DNA of 64,000 nt, taken from the IMG/VR virus record IMGVR_UViG_3300025168_000043, positions 32,377 to 96,376 of that record, one strand, 5' to 3'. Of the stretch, positions 11,601-22,900 are shown in pieces. Origin of the DNA: a virus. The notes beneath the pieces were generated by a model. It worked only from the letters and a program-made list of their open reading frames with translations, searched no databases and was not told where the DNA came from. The position numbers and the translations under genes are program-made. The stretch's first letter is position 1; every line of letters starts with the position of its first letter.

Positions 11601-14600
11601 TGGTTCAACAGGGCTAACCAGCAGATACCCGCAAGAGAATGTACTTACAAATGTTAATAAACAGTTCGCAGGCCGAGGACAGTTTGGGGTTAGCGCATAC
11701 AGTTCAACGGATGTCATCTCCAAGCAGTTTGTTCAATCAGCACAACAAAGACTGCCCGAAGTTGTTAATACCAACGATGATGTAAATGTTCTGTCCAGAG
11801 ATGATGAACTTTACCCAAGAGATGCATCCATCTCACAGACCTACTACACCTTTGAAAAGAGTATGTACGGTATCGTTTCACAAGAAATGATCAATATGTT
11901 CTCGTCTATTGTTGAGTTCAACAACCTTATCGGTGAAGTTGTTCATAAGTATCGTGGTGAATACAAGAGTTTAAGACTTTTAAGAGAACTTTTCTTTGAG
12001 AAGATCCAAAACAACCCTGACCTCGACAAGTTTATTGATTACTATCATTGGATTGATTCTTCACTTAACATTTTCTTACAACAGTTTGCTCCTGCTTCTG
12101 CTGATGTCTCCGATGAGATTCGCACTATAGTTGAAGATTATGTTCTTAATCGCTCCAAGTATCAACACAAATACAACCAGATCAAACAAGGTGACTCTGG
12201 AACTGGCACAAAAGCTGGTGGCTTTGACGAAACTATTCTAGAAGGCAGGGTCAAGGGCACCAGAGAACTACAATACGACTGGCAGTTTGGTCACGCCCCC
12301 CTAACTAACTCTCAAACCGAACACTCCCTTTGGTGGAAAGACCGAGCAGAAAGAAACAACACAGCATTTAATACCGCCGCGCTTATTGACACAGCAAGAG
12401 AAGACATTCTCACTATCATCCAGTTATTCAACTCTGCAAGCGCCCCATCGCTTAATGACGGCACCGGAGCCTCTGGGATATACGAAGGGTCCGCTTACGC
12501 CACAAGACGCTTCACAAGGCAATACAAGCTTGATACAGCCATTGTCCCTGATATCGGCGGTGGGTACAACTACCCAAGAAACCACAAGCCGGATGCTCTT
12601 TTTCCCCTGATGTTTGACCAACCATTGGATCTTACTAATAATATTGAGCAGGTAAATTTTGAAAAACAAGGGATGTTTACTCTTCCAGAAGAGGAACTAA
12701 GGCCTGTTATAAAGCAAGAAAAAAGAAGATTTACCGCAATCAATCCCGAGACACCCGTCGGCACCAACGGCGCTACAGTTTTTAGAGCATCTAGTGTTTT
12801 AGCCGGAACAAAATTTGTTACGCCTTTTATAATATTTAGTTCATCTGTTTCGCCTGCTGGCGGTTATGGACAACAATGGCAAACTTATCAACTCAAACCA
12901 GACTTCAATAAAGAAGAGTTCGCCGGTTATCACAATGATTCTTATGGTGACGACTATGAAGTACCTATGCAGGGTCCTTTTACTAACCACCACGTCGGCG
13001 GAAATAGACACCGGCATACCGATTTAAATAAAGGATCAGATACAGCGTTAAACAGGGCAGAGGCTTGGGAATTAGATATTGGAAATTCTGAGGTCGGCGC
13101 CGCCAAAGCCCGAGGTGCATCCGATGGTTCAATTAATACAAACATGCCCGGATCTAACCCCAACTACCGCAGAGACGAAACAGCCAAGCGCCCCGTTAAC
13201 ACCAAAAACATCAAACACAGAACAGGTTCCCTTGGCACGGTTGCAATGGGCAACTATTCTGCAAGTTATGAAATAGTTCAAACAACTGGTAGAACTCAAA
13301 ACAACTCTGCGTTTGTAAAGTCAGAGGGTATAAGAGATAACTTTACGATTTCTGTTGCTGGCGCTGATGAGGTTGGCTATATTGATCACGTCACAGACTA
13401 CGCCAAGCCTATTCGCCGCAGAACAGAACACGTTATAGTTAATCGTTTCTCCGCACCCGGTGGTCCTGAAACAGCAGGTGATAGTCAGGGTGGCCCCGGT
13501 CTTGACTTTGAGGCAGCAGAACTTAGCCCATACAACAACCTAAACTATAGAAATACAACCGTTCGCGACCCGCTAGAAACTTTATTATCAGAACACTCCG
13601 CACAGTTTGGACTTAGATCAGGTTCTATAGCTTCACCTATAGGATATAGTGGATCAGCAACTAATGTAACAGCAAGCTTTCACAAAGTTAATAGAAACCC
13701 GCTTCATAGGCTTGAAGGATATGACACAGGTTCCGACACTCCAGTTACAGGAACAGTGTTCGACAACTATTATGTACAACATATGATTCCAAGATCTGAT
13801 TTCCAATACGCTTGGATTACAGCTTCTTCTGATAGATTTAACTCTGCATTCGGCGCAGCCAATAATGTATATGGTTATTTCCCGTATGATGGCCTAGCCA
13901 GAGTGTCGAGTTCAGCCAATGGGTTTAGGTATGAATCAGCAGTTAACTTTGTTAGTGCAAGCGAGATAGGCTCTGTTCCCGGCACTATAACATATTCAAC
14001 CACTACCACAGCAACCGAAACACTTACGGGCCGTGGTAGTTTAGTCAGCAAAGGTGTTTACGATATATCTGGATCTTCAGGTTCTTTCGCGCCCGCTGCT
14101 AATCCTAATGATCATTTTATACCTCAAACCACTCATCTAAACATTGGTGGTATTTACGGAGACTTGTTCTCTACTTTCGTAGGACCTAAAGTTGCTCCCT
14201 TTACTTACTTACCAAGTAGGGGCGGCAACCCCTCCGCCATTGACAAAACACACGATTTTAATAGTTCACTTACGTTCTTAACGAATCAAGTATTATTTGG
14301 TGGAAACCTTTCTGATCCCCAAGAGTTTATAATCGGCCAAGATCGCGAATACGTCACTCAGTGGGTAGTCGATACTGTTTTGGGTGTCACCCCCTTCGAC
14401 AAAGAGACCGGTACCGGAGGGTATATTTTCAATGCAGCCGGCGCTCCGTATGGTAGACTTTATACTAGCCCATCAGCGATGGACAACACTAGATTTCAAA
14501 TGTTTCAAACGCTCAATAAAACATATGGTAGATTTGAATCAACCAACTATGTGAAATCCGTGGGATCAATCCCGTTAGCCGTAGCCTATCCACCAGAGGT

Positions 14601-17600
14601 CGGCTTTAATAAATATGGCTTAGGTACGCTCACACAACCTATATCATTCACAAACGGTAATCCTCTCTTTACAGTGTCTAATATGATAGAGACATCTGCT
14701 TCCCGTGGCGCCGGCTTAATATTAAACTCGCTTTTGACAAAACGTAATGGCTATTATGGTCATCCAACATGGAAGCAAATACGAGTAGGAGAGACTGGCT
14801 TAGTAAGGTATCATAGAAAAAATAATTATTATTCGCACACATATGATCCGGTGATCATTTCCAGCCAAACAGATCCAACTGGCGGGAGAGCAAAAGTTCA
14901 ATCTAGGACAGAAAATATTTTAATAAGCCAATCAGTTGTTACAGATCGCTATTTCCCTGTGGTATTTGAATTAGAAGCTAGGGATGATCAACAAAATAGT
15001 AAAGTTCTCAAATCAACAAATGTTGTAGCTAGGACATCGTTTGCTAATGATGTAATAACCTTTGATAACCAAGATGTTGTAGACAGGTTATTAGATGCTG
15101 ATGTTCTAGAAGCTTCCGAAAGGAAAACCTCTTATAGACAAATTGTTGACGATTTCAGCATATATGATAGTTTCCTAGACGAACAAAAACCAATACTTCA
15201 GATTAATAGTTTAAAATATAGAGAAACAGTCTATCCACCCAGAAATTTTGCATATACTTCCTTAACTCGCGGCCGCAACAATTTTAGTAACAACTTCTGG
15301 CGTGATGCACGCTCTGATAGAACTTGGCCTTCCACACCGCCAGCCAACGCGGAAAATCTTACAGAATACTCAAAAACCCAACGGGAGAAAAACACTAATA
15401 GTCAGGGTCAGGGATCCTCAAATGTGTCGTTTCAGCTAGCGCCTTTTCAAAGTCGATGGGCACTTGATGGATTGTTATCTACCACAAATCAGAATAATTT
15501 AACTACTTTAGCCGGATATCCAACTGGTGGTATTAACGCTAATAATGCAGATGGCTATAAGCCCGGTGAGCTTCAGAACTTATACACTCATTTTGTTCGA
15601 AACCAACAAGATGACTTTGAAATAGATCGCTCAGACGATGGTGAAATAGCTCAACTTCGAGCAGGAGCTTTGTACGCTAGAAAGCATATCAATCCTTACA
15701 CTTCTTCGGTATGTGGTATGTCAGGCATGAGAAAACAAATAGATATATCGGCTTTTATTTTCTCTGGAACATCTTACCTCTTATTAACTAGCTCCATTGG
15801 TGCTGGCGAAGCATTTTGGGATGCACCCAATCTGGCAGGAAGATACGAAGGCACATCAAGTGTTTTTGTTAAAGAACGAGCAACACCATTCTATGATGAT
15901 TATGATGCTTTTTATTCGGATATAAAAACAAAAACACGCGGCCGCTCTATTATACCGGAGTTTAGAATAGAAGATCATATAGATTTTTACGAACAAAATG
16001 GTTTTGATTACCTCACAGAAAACCCAGCCTTATTTCAGTTCCCCGGTGTTCCCAGTCAAGAGGGGTATCTCCAGAATAGTGGATATCCTCACTTCTTTAA
16101 AATATTCACCAACTCTGATTTTATGCAACACTTTGAAGTTGTTCGAGAAGATGGTCTTAAAGAAGGCGGAATATTGGAGCCCGCAAAGGTGAAGTTAAGA
16201 TGCAAAGCAGTCAAAAAGTTTGTCCCATACGACGGCTTCTATCCTGCCGAAAGAACTCTACAGCTAGCGTCTGCATTCTCCGCATCTTACGCCCCGCTTA
16301 CACAACTTTCTTCTTCAACAGGCGCCGAAAACACATATCAAGTTGCTTGGAGAACAATGCTCAAACCTTTCTTTGCACCCGGAATTGTGTACAATACTAT
16401 TAAATCGGGAGTTGCAGTTGACTACCCGATAATGACTGGCTCCTACAATGTTGGTAAAATGATCATGGCCGGAGATGGAGCAAGCGCAAACACCGGAGTC
16501 AGAATGGTGGCTACAGCTTCTGCGGGCATATTCTCTAACTCAAGAAATGATTCAAAAAATGGCCTCACGGGCCTTTTGGCTGGTTTTAATATAGTATCAC
16601 ATAATGATGGTTGGGATTATCGTGTTCCATTCGAGACAGTGCTTGAGCCGGGTAAATATATTTATGGTAAAAATATTGTTGATGATGAACCAAGTGCTTT
16701 TGCAGGGATAAATGTTACGGCTTCTTGGGGAAGCAGCGAACAAGGCACAAAATACAAGAATATGATGCACAACTTTTTGGCCTCCTCGCTGGATGTCTTT
16801 ATCAAAGACGGAAAACCAACAGAGATTCTGTCAGCACCTCAAAAAGAATTTAAGGCTGTAACTCCGGGCCAGCCTTATGGTATGCGTATTAAAATGTATC
16901 GTAGTTTTGAATCAGGATCTCAACAAGAAACCTCGGGAGACTGGGGAGACTTTCAGGTCCCACAATATATAAGTGGCTCCCTTACAGACTTCACCATGTA
17001 CAGTCGCCCATCAGCCTTCGGCCCACCAGTACTCGCAGGCACAGGGTCGCAAGTAATGTCGCAACAAAAATATTGTATTACTGGTTCTAGAGAGATGACT
17101 CCAGCCCGAGGGCGTTATGCATCACATACTCCGCCTTATTTTGATGGTGAGTCTTGGATTGATCTTATTTACTATCCCTACAAATCTTTTGATAGCGGTT
17201 CCACAGGTCTAGAAGTAATAAACAACACCACAAGAACAGTGACAGTTTCTGATTTACATAATTTAGCTTCAACTGAGTTTTCTTCTGGTTCTGCTATCCT
17301 AGACTACGAATTTGGCCAAGGCTCTAGATTTGGCGGCGAGGGTACTTATGTGGTTCGTTGGCGCTTTGACCAAGAAGCCTTAAGAACCAATTTTTCGACA
17401 GAAGATACGGGATCAACATACCACGGAACTGGAAGTGACATCGGTCCAATGGGTGGACCTTGGGCTAATAGATGGGCAATGCATCTGGATGCCTCACTTA
17501 ATATTTTTTCTAAAGCTCGCGGAGTGGGAAGCTTGGCGGCTGAAGCTGTTTCGGCTGATTTAGCAGAAAGTGGATTAGGTGATGGAAGTTTCAATGCAGG

Positions 17601-18849
17601 AGACGACCGTTGGCGTATCCAAACTAAATTTGAGACACCGATGCTAAACTTTGGATATCTTGGTATGTCAGATATAACATTCAATGGAACAATCGGAAGT
17701 TTGAATGATTATCAAAGAGCAGTTAATAGTGTTGTACCAAGGGGTATGTGGCACCAATTTGGCAGGATCCCGCGCGATGCGGAAGGAGTTTATATTCAGG
17801 TCACTGATATTCCAGATAACTTTATCAATAATCACCCATCTTCTAGTATTATATTTGACCCGGCCGGCAAGTTTGATCTCCGAAATGCTGTTTCAGAGGG
17901 CATGAGAACCTTCTCAATTTTTGCAAAAGGTGGCAGTACTAATTCTGCCGAGGCCATTGATGCTGTAGCTAAAGATTTAAATGGCTATAAAATTCCGCAA
18001 AATATGAAAATTGATAGAAATGCGATTGATAACGCTGCGGGCCGGAAAACTGTGTCAACAACAGACTCTCCATTATCCTTGGTTGATATATGTGGTTTCC
18101 CAACCGAACCAGTTAGAATTGGTGAAATGCCATCATCTAAAACTATATTTGAAGCTGTTGTAGCGGTACCATTTATAGATGTAGATGGAGACAAAGAATT
18201 TTTCAATGTTCCTGTAGCTCGAACCGAGTTCGAAAAACCGTTTTTTGATAAAGCGGCCGGCAACAGTATTCTAAGACAACAAAGATTGATGGAAAAATAT
18301 GTTTTCCCTCCAACATTTGATTTTGTTCAAAACGACGCTGTTGAGCCAATAGCAATGTATATATTTGAGTTTTCTCATAAACTTAGTCAAGATGATTTGT
18401 CGCATATATGGCAAAACCTTTCACCCAAAATTGGAACAAGGTGCGAAGAGGCAATGGCCACAGTTTCGCACCCTCTTCTTGCAAACCAACTCTTGAATTT
18501 TAATGTTCTTGATGCTCTAGAAGCAGATGAGCAAGGCATTAAACCACCAAGGGTTGAGTTCCCCGAAGAACTTCAGTGGATGGTGTTTAAGGTCAAGCAA
18601 CGCGCGAAATCAAATTATTTTAAACAGATCGAAAGCTCCGAAAGAGCAGACATTCCTTTCTATACTTCTAACTGGCCATATGATTTCTTCTCTTTGATTG
18701 AGGTTGCTGATATAGATGCTGAAGTTGAATTTAAACCGACACAAAATAACCTAGATATGAAGAAGCAGAAACGCGAAGCTGCACAGAACGCATTAAATGA
18801 TAGGACTAGTAGAGATGAGGCTGTTGATGTTGGACCAGCGGGGGATTAA
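8668..18849 (+). CDS. Giant baseplate/tail protein with LamG-like (concanavalin) domains and a gp7/tail-protein-I-like segment
   Basis: 3393 aa; DEFRYWK...LGVYYKFNEG...VLDYSG (LamG-like) and IYLYKSKGTEKAFRNLIRCYG (gp7/gpI-like); located in baseplate cluster. Confidence 0.65.
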   Translation: MSIKKLFDSNKTNDILVSTNLEEEVVKNVPELESADNVREQIERINRFIPQVDYSDPANFAVYGSAERYYRDSFHRVATQYPYDGSEEEITRYNNESNYLDLHILENEYPRTLGHVRFPTNNGGGSATNQFGQQTNAANITFFGGPNAIAGGMTTGSFHLQFTGSNYYDTDIYQTDGTLALDRVGSRESNLTYNLPSKGLTVEFWQGTEGNLISATGPFGRQSRHALFDLWNGEASSSAQYGRLTVYASGSSSAFKGIYLNAYSGTVGIQELELLDPAVAAQIPPQYVNTSSPTPGHLAFAFSSGSTLGLTVKTYINGVLTTTTGSSVALNEVTGALRGRIGALLTNPSGTSIGTDMDGYGTSIRSAYDEFRYWKAERTEKEIQQNYWTQVRGGTNNEIANAELGVYYKFNEGITGDATTDTTVLDYSGRITNGTITNYGTDATTTLVRNANLLPERSSLIVAAGAATSEFKDPIIYASHPDVVSALDRLVASGSVHDFENQASIKDSIPSWIIEEDETSGGEELGKLTQILGSYMDTLNLQIESLPTLADNTYLSGSDKPTPFMKNLLSSRGLAVPEIFVDADLLQRFANRSDTEGYTLDINDTKNLIYKNIYNNLIYLYKSKGTEKAFRNLIRCYGIGEDVIRFNAYASNQTFDIQETRQDRVIRKNYVDFNHPDRFDGVVYQRANTGETTGISFFSASSPNNAFAQTAELEVIFPRKMEFANSQYFDTPFVTASLYGKASASADPAIFDAAFSNNPATAPWLVAYAVRTQQNSNDAYFVLDSNLFTNPLTSDIYSNIYDNQKWNLAIRVKSKNWPYSTGSVASGDGAASFGNQEVSFVGYNVENGVVRNSFVLTTSSISSNLGPSLPYRYFVGSQRTNYTGAVGHQTDILASSLRVYTTFLDDDVIKSHALDPENYGTRNPSRNLLFYNDSDDASLNPAIKTTIPESVSLALNWDYSQVTTTDATGRFSVQDASSGSTGLTSRYPQENVLTNVNKQFAGRGQFGVSAYSSTDVISKQFVQSAQQRLPEVVNTNDDVNVLSRDDELYPRDASISQTYYTFEKSMYGIVSQEMINMFSSIVEFNNLIGEVVHKYRGEYKSLRLLRELFFEKIQNNPDLDKFIDYYHWIDSSLNIFLQQFAPASADVSDEIRTIVEDYVLNRSKYQHKYNQIKQGDSGTGTKAGGFDETILEGRVKGTRELQYDWQFGHAPLTNSQTEHSLWWKDRAERNNTAFNTAALIDTAREDILTIIQLFNSASAPSLNDGTGASGIYEGSAYATRRFTRQYKLDTAIVPDIGGGYNYPRNHKPDALFPLMFDQPLDLTNNIEQVNFEKQGMFTLPEEELRPVIKQEKRRFTAINPETPVGTNGATVFRASSVLAGTKFVTPFIIFSSSVSPAGGYGQQWQTYQLKPDFNKEEFAGYHNDSYGDDYEVPMQGPFTNHHVGGNRHRHTDLNKGSDTALNRAEAWELDIGNSEVGAAKARGASDGSINTNMPGSNPNYRRDETAKRPVNTKNIKHRTGSLGTVAMGNYSASYEIVQTTGRTQNNSAFVKSEGIRDNFTISVAGADEVGYIDHVTDYAKPIRRRTEHVIVNRFSAPGGPETAGDSQGGPGLDFEAAELSPYNNLNYRNTTVRDPLETLLSEHSAQFGLRSGSIASPIGYSGSATNVTASFHKVNRNPLHRLEGYDTGSDTPVTGTVFDNYYVQHMIPRSDFQYAWITASSDRFNSAFGAANNVYGYFPYDGLARVSSSANGFRYESAVNFVSASEIGSVPGTITYSTTTTATETLTGRGSLVSKGVYDISGSSGSFAPAANPNDHFIPQTTHLNIGGIYGDLFSTFVGPKVAPFTYLPSRGGNPSAIDKTHDFNSSLTFLTNQVLFGGNLSDPQEFIIGQDREYVTQWVVDTVLGVTPFDKETGTGGYIFNAAGAPYGRLYTSPSAMDNTRFQMFQTLNKTYGRFESTNYVKSVGSIPLAVAYPPEVGFNKYGLGTLTQPISFTNGNPLFTVSNMIETSASRGAGLILNSLLTKRNGYYGHPTWKQIRVGETGLVRYHRKNNYYSHTYDPVIISSQTDPTGGRAKVQSRTENILISQSVVTDRYFPVVFELEARDDQQNSKVLKSTNVVARTSFANDVITFDNQDVVDRLLDADVLEASERKTSYRQIVDDFSIYDSFLDEQKPILQINSLKYRETVYPPRNFAYTSLTRGRNNFSNNFWRDARSDRTWPSTPPANAENLTEYSKTQREKNTNSQGQGSSNVSFQLAPFQSRWALDGLLSTTNQNNLTTLAGYPTGGINANNADGYKPGELQNLYTHFVRNQQDDFEIDRSDDGEIAQLRAGALYARKHINPYTSSVCGMSGMRKQIDISAFIFSGTSYLLLTSSIGAGEAFWDAPNLAGRYEGTSSVFVKERATPFYDDYDAFYSDIKTKTRGRSIIPEFRIEDHIDFYEQNGFDYLTENPALFQFPGVPSQEGYLQNSGYPHFFKIFTNSDFMQHFEVVREDGLKEGGILEPAKVKLRCKAVKKFVPYDGFYPAERTLQLASAFSASYAPLTQLSSSTGAENTYQVAWRTMLKPFFAPGIVYNTIKSGVAVDYPIMTGSYNVGKMIMAGDGASANTGVRMVATASAGIFSNSRNDSKNGLTGLLAGFNIVSHNDGWDYRVPFETVLEPGKYIYGKNIVDDEPSAFAGINVTASWGSSEQGTKYKNMMHNFLASSLDVFIKDGKPTEILSAPQKEFKAVTPGQPYGMRIKMYRSFESGSQQETSGDWGDFQVPQYISGSLTDFTMYSRPSAFGPPVLAGTGSQVMSQQKYCITGSREMTPARGRYASHTPPYFDGESWIDLIYYPYKSFDSGSTGLEVINNTTRTVTVSDLHNLASTEFSSGSAILDYEFGQGSRFGGEGTYVVRWRFDQEALRTNFSTEDTGSTYHGTGSDIGPMGGPWANRWAMHLDASLNIFSKARGVGSLAAEAVSADLAESGLGDGSFNAGDDRWRIQTKFETPMLNFGYLGMSDITFNGTIGSLNDYQRAVNSVVPRGMWHQFGRIPRDAEGVYIQVTDIPDNFINNHPSSSIIFDPAGKFDLRNAVSEGMRTFSIFAKGGSTNSAEAIDAVAKDLNGYKIPQNMKIDRNAIDNAAGRKTVSTTDSPLSLVDICGFPTEPVRIGEMPSSKTIFEAVVAVPFIDVDGDKEFFNVPVARTEFEKPFFDKAAGNSILRQQRLMEKYVFPPTFDFVQNDAVEPIAMYIFEFSHKLSQDDLSHIWQNLSPKIGTRCEEAMATVSHPLLANQLLNFNVLDALEADEQGIKPPRVEFPEELQWMVFKVKQRAKSNYFKQIESSERADIPFYTSNWPYDFFSLIEVADIDAEVEFKPTQNNLDMKKQKREAAQNALNDRTSRDEAVDVGPAGD

Positions 18850-18852
18850 TAA

Positions 18853-19899
18853 ATGAAATTTTTCAATCCAAAAGAAGAAGTTTTAGATATAAAAATGACT
18901 CAATATGGTCGCCACTTATTATCAAAAGGCCTGTGGAAACCAGAATTTTATGCTTTTTTTGATGATAATGTTCTTTATGACTCACAGTATGGTGATATTA
19001 CGGCTACTGGAAGCATAAACGTTATAGAAAGTCGTATACAAGATGAGACGCCGTTGTTAAAAGCACAACATACTTTCACCGGCTGCGACGAATACTTGTT
19101 TGATGGGCAAAATGACCTAGTTGATCGAGTTAGATTAAGTACTTATGAGAAACTCAATGTTATGCCGATGTCGCTTGGTACTTCTGACTATGAATCAACT
19201 AAAACCCCGGCTTTCCGCGCCCAATTCTTGGCTGGTGAAATTAAAGGATTAGAGTTTAACTTGACCGGCAGTTCCCGAACCGTGTCAGGGGTTGCCTCAA
19301 CAGCACATCAGTTACAGAAAATACCACAATTGGAGTTTGATATTGAGTATAAAATAAAAGTTATTGATCCGGAGTTCCCAGCCGATGAAGCGGTACAATT
19401 TGAAGTAGATCCTTCATTAACTCCGGGCACAACTTACAGTGATGGAAAGCAAATTGTTGTTGGGCCAGAACAAATAATATTTACACTTGAGGAACTTAAC
19501 GCACCATTTGACTTTGAAAACTATGATATAGAAGTTTTTGAAATAACAAATGAGTTTGGCGCTAGCGGAGAACAAATACTAAATCCTTTAAATTTCATAA
19601 AGCCGCTCCAAATGGTAGAAAACAATATACTAATAGATAAAAAAGAGGCTGAAATAAAAGCAGGCCGAGTCTCCGGCGCCGCCCCGGAAATCGATCCAAC
19701 GTTTGTTAGATACTTTTTTGACATCAACGTAGATGATGAAATCTCCGAAACTATTCTATGTAAATCAATATCAAAGATCAAAGCGGCCGGCAAGAGTCTA
19801 TATACAGATATTGACATTAATTGCCCGGACCTGTCAATCCCGGTTCGGCAAAATATTTACGGCTCCGACGCGTTGGACGAAGATTGTTCAGATTATTAA
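18853..19899 (+). CDS. Virion structural protein; N-terminus resembles that of 26292..27233
   Basis: LDIKMTQYGRHLLSKG...YAFFDDNVLY aligns by eye with LDAVLTDTGRMRLAAG...FALGDDEINY. Confidence 0.55.
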   Translation: MKFFNPKEEVLDIKMTQYGRHLLSKGLWKPEFYAFFDDNVLYDSQYGDITATGSINVIESRIQDETPLLKAQHTFTGCDEYLFDGQNDLVDRVRLSTYEKLNVMPMSLGTSDYESTKTPAFRAQFLAGEIKGLEFNLTGSSRTVSGVASTAHQLQKIPQLEFDIEYKIKVIDPEFPADEAVQFEVDPSLTPGTTYSDGKQIVVGPEQIIFTLEELNAPFDFENYDIEVFEITNEFGASGEQILNPLNFIKPLQMVENNILIDKKEAEIKAGRVSGAAPEIDPTFVRYFFDINVDDEISETILCKSISKIKAAGKSLYTDIDINCPDLSIPVRQNIYGSDALDEDCSDY

Positions 19900-19933
19900 T
19901 CAAAAACTACTTAGGTATATGAGGTTCTAGTTT

Positions 19934-22900
19934 ATGCAAATACAAGTTGATTTTCCAAGCATTTTTAACACTGCCTTGCCAAAAGTGTACATTAAGAAAG
20001 TAACTCTACTCCCGAACACAACACCGGGAAGTAGAAATGGAGTATCTTATGATTTGGAGTCTGATGATGGGCTACAAAAAAACAAGTATGGCAAGAAAAA
20101 GCCGAAAAAGATTAGTCCTAGATTTAGAGATGTATCTCCTGCTGGCAGGTCTCTAGAGATAAAAACAGAAGTTACCATTAAAGAAAGAATAAAACAAGAT
20201 GGAGATACAACTTGGTACAATAACAGTGAGTTTAATGAGTTCTTAAATTTAAAAATTGTGTTAGCTCGTACTCAAGATGCAATAGAAAACTTAGAGGATG
20301 GCAATTTTACACCTAAGTATTTGAAAAAACTAAAACGTCGGTCTCAAGTTATAGAAAAAAACATAAGCCTAAGAAAAAACGAAACTCCTATATTAGATCA
20401 AAAAGTTGAAAGTATAGATGGTAAAAAAGTTTATAGCACAACGTATGAAGTTACTTTTGAAATCCCAAGCTACAGACCAAGAAATTTGTCAGTTTTTGCT
20501 GCTACTTTTGTTGATTTGCGTGAGTATTATTTGCACAAATCTCCCGGTGTAAAATCTTCCAGAAGGTTTTTCCAAGGCACCGCAGTTTCACAAAGGGTTA
20601 TTAAAGCTGGCGAAGTACCAACAGGATCAAGTATATATTTATTACCTGACAAAAAACTGTGGGCCGGCCCAATACATTATCACGAACCTTCTGGGTTCAT
20701 GGCAGGCGCCTTTCATGGCCCACAAGCCCACCCTCGATTAGAAAAAAGAAAAGTTCCCAACCTAGTAGTTCGAGATTTTAGGGTTCTTGAAGATATAAAA
20801 CAGTCAGATTTTCTTTTACGACCAGAAAAGAAGAGGTTGAACAAAAAGCTGGAAAACAAAAGAGCTAAAGGCAATAGAATAATAAAGAAAAATCTTTATA
20901 TAACAGAACCTGAGTATGCTTTCAATGAGATCAACCAACTTCGATTTATTTTTCATCTTGACATGTATAAGGTAATAGCAGAAAAATCACAATTTGGTGC
21001 TTGCTTCCGCCGCGCAGACGCGTCGGCAAAGAGGCGTATTATGAACAACACAAGAATAAAAAATCTTTTTGTGTTAAGAAGCCGTGTTAAGCAAGGTTTA
21101 TCAAAAAATGAAGTTGTTACATTAAACGACTTAGAGCAACAAAGCCTCGTCGCGCAAAGCGGTGAGTCCAAGCGGAATGTTGTTCAGCCTCGCCGAACCA
21201 AGAAATCTTTAAACCCAGCCCTAGAAGATTCCGAAAAAGTAGTAACCGGTGGCATAAGAGAAATAAAATTAGGAGTCGAAGGATCAGAAGGGATTAGAAC
21301 TTTCACTGTATCTGACTTTGATATGTCCAAAAGAACAGATGGCTTGTATTCTTACAGTGTAGATTTTGAAATACAAGACGGAACCGCTATCTTTGTTAAT
21401 GATCAAAGAAACAAACTAACACAAGCAATAGGAACGCTGACAGAATATTATGGTGTAGCTTCAAGAGCAGAAAATACAAACAAAACCACCGGTTTATTTA
21501 CAGAAGATTTTATAAAAGAAATGGAAGAAATTTATAAAATACCAGAGTTCAGAGATGTAAACGTGCCAAACCGACGGCGCCGACGACGAGCAGTGCAATC
21601 TAGTATAGCCAAGGCCCCGTGGCTGAACGCGATAGCCGTGTACAGTGATGTTATGAGGAACCTAACAAATGCTAGGCAAAGTGATATAGTCAGGGCCTCA
21701 CTTTTATTACACAGTCTGGTAGAGCCATCTAGTGGGTCGGTGACTGGCATTGAAAAAATGCTTGAAATGTTACAACTGGCACAAAGTAAACTTTCATTTG
21801 CGGCAATAGGCGGTAAAAATCGATCTGGTACTCCACTGTCAAAAACAAATATTCCTATGATAGACGAAGTAGATTACAATGCCAAGACATCAGCATTTAA
21901 AGGCAAATTGTCAAAGTCTGCAATTCGATTGACTAAGAAATTCAAAACTGTGCATGACAGTAACATTCAAAATTTTGTTGGGTATGATTTTTTAAATCTA
22001 CAGAGATCTAAGAATTTAGGACTGAGAGTTATTACAACTGATCAGCTATCACAAAGATTGTCTCTGGAGAATCAAAAATATTTTAGCAGAAACGCTGCCG
22101 CCGAAGTCTTACAGCCTCCCGTAGGCGATTCACAAACGCCGGAAGACTTTACTAGGTTCATAAATCTTGAAGATGCTTACTATTCTTATTTAACACCCGC
22201 CGTAGTATATCACGGTAAAAAAAGATTAAAATTAGTTGGTCGCGGCCGCAGGTTGTGGAATGTGAGCCAATACGATTCTATGATAACAAATCTGGTCAAT
22301 TCTTCGAAGGAACGAGATTCTCTATCATCTAAAAAGAAAGAAGTCTTCAGAGGACCAAAAACAACCCCTTACATACCGTCCTTATCTCCGATAGAATATC
22401 GCGCTGATTACAGGCCGAATAAGGCTAAGGTAAACATGGATACATATGAGACAAACGTAGTTAATGCATCCTTAATCAGCAAATATGGTGTAACATTAAC
22501 CACCAAGAAAACTGAAAATATTTTTACAATAGCTGAAGATAATTATTATGGTCTTGAAGAGCGCGAACGCAAAAATTTAAGATCTAAAAAATATTTAGGA
22601 GAGAGTACCTTATTTACTAATGACTTTTTAGCAAACAAGTTCGCTAAAATGCCAATAGACGATAATCAGCTTAGAGATTTTACTTCTGTTTCGACACTAT
22701 TTGTAAAATCTAATATTCAATCTACTGACGGTGGCCTTTCAAATAAAAAGAAGAAAACAATTAAACTCTTCCGCCCCTCGGATGAAAGAAACATCATAGA
22801 TAAAGAATTGGAAAAGTATGATGACAAAAAAAACCCACAAGCAAAAAAACAAAGATTTATATCCAAAATTCCCAATCAGATAAAGTCTATTTTTATGGGT

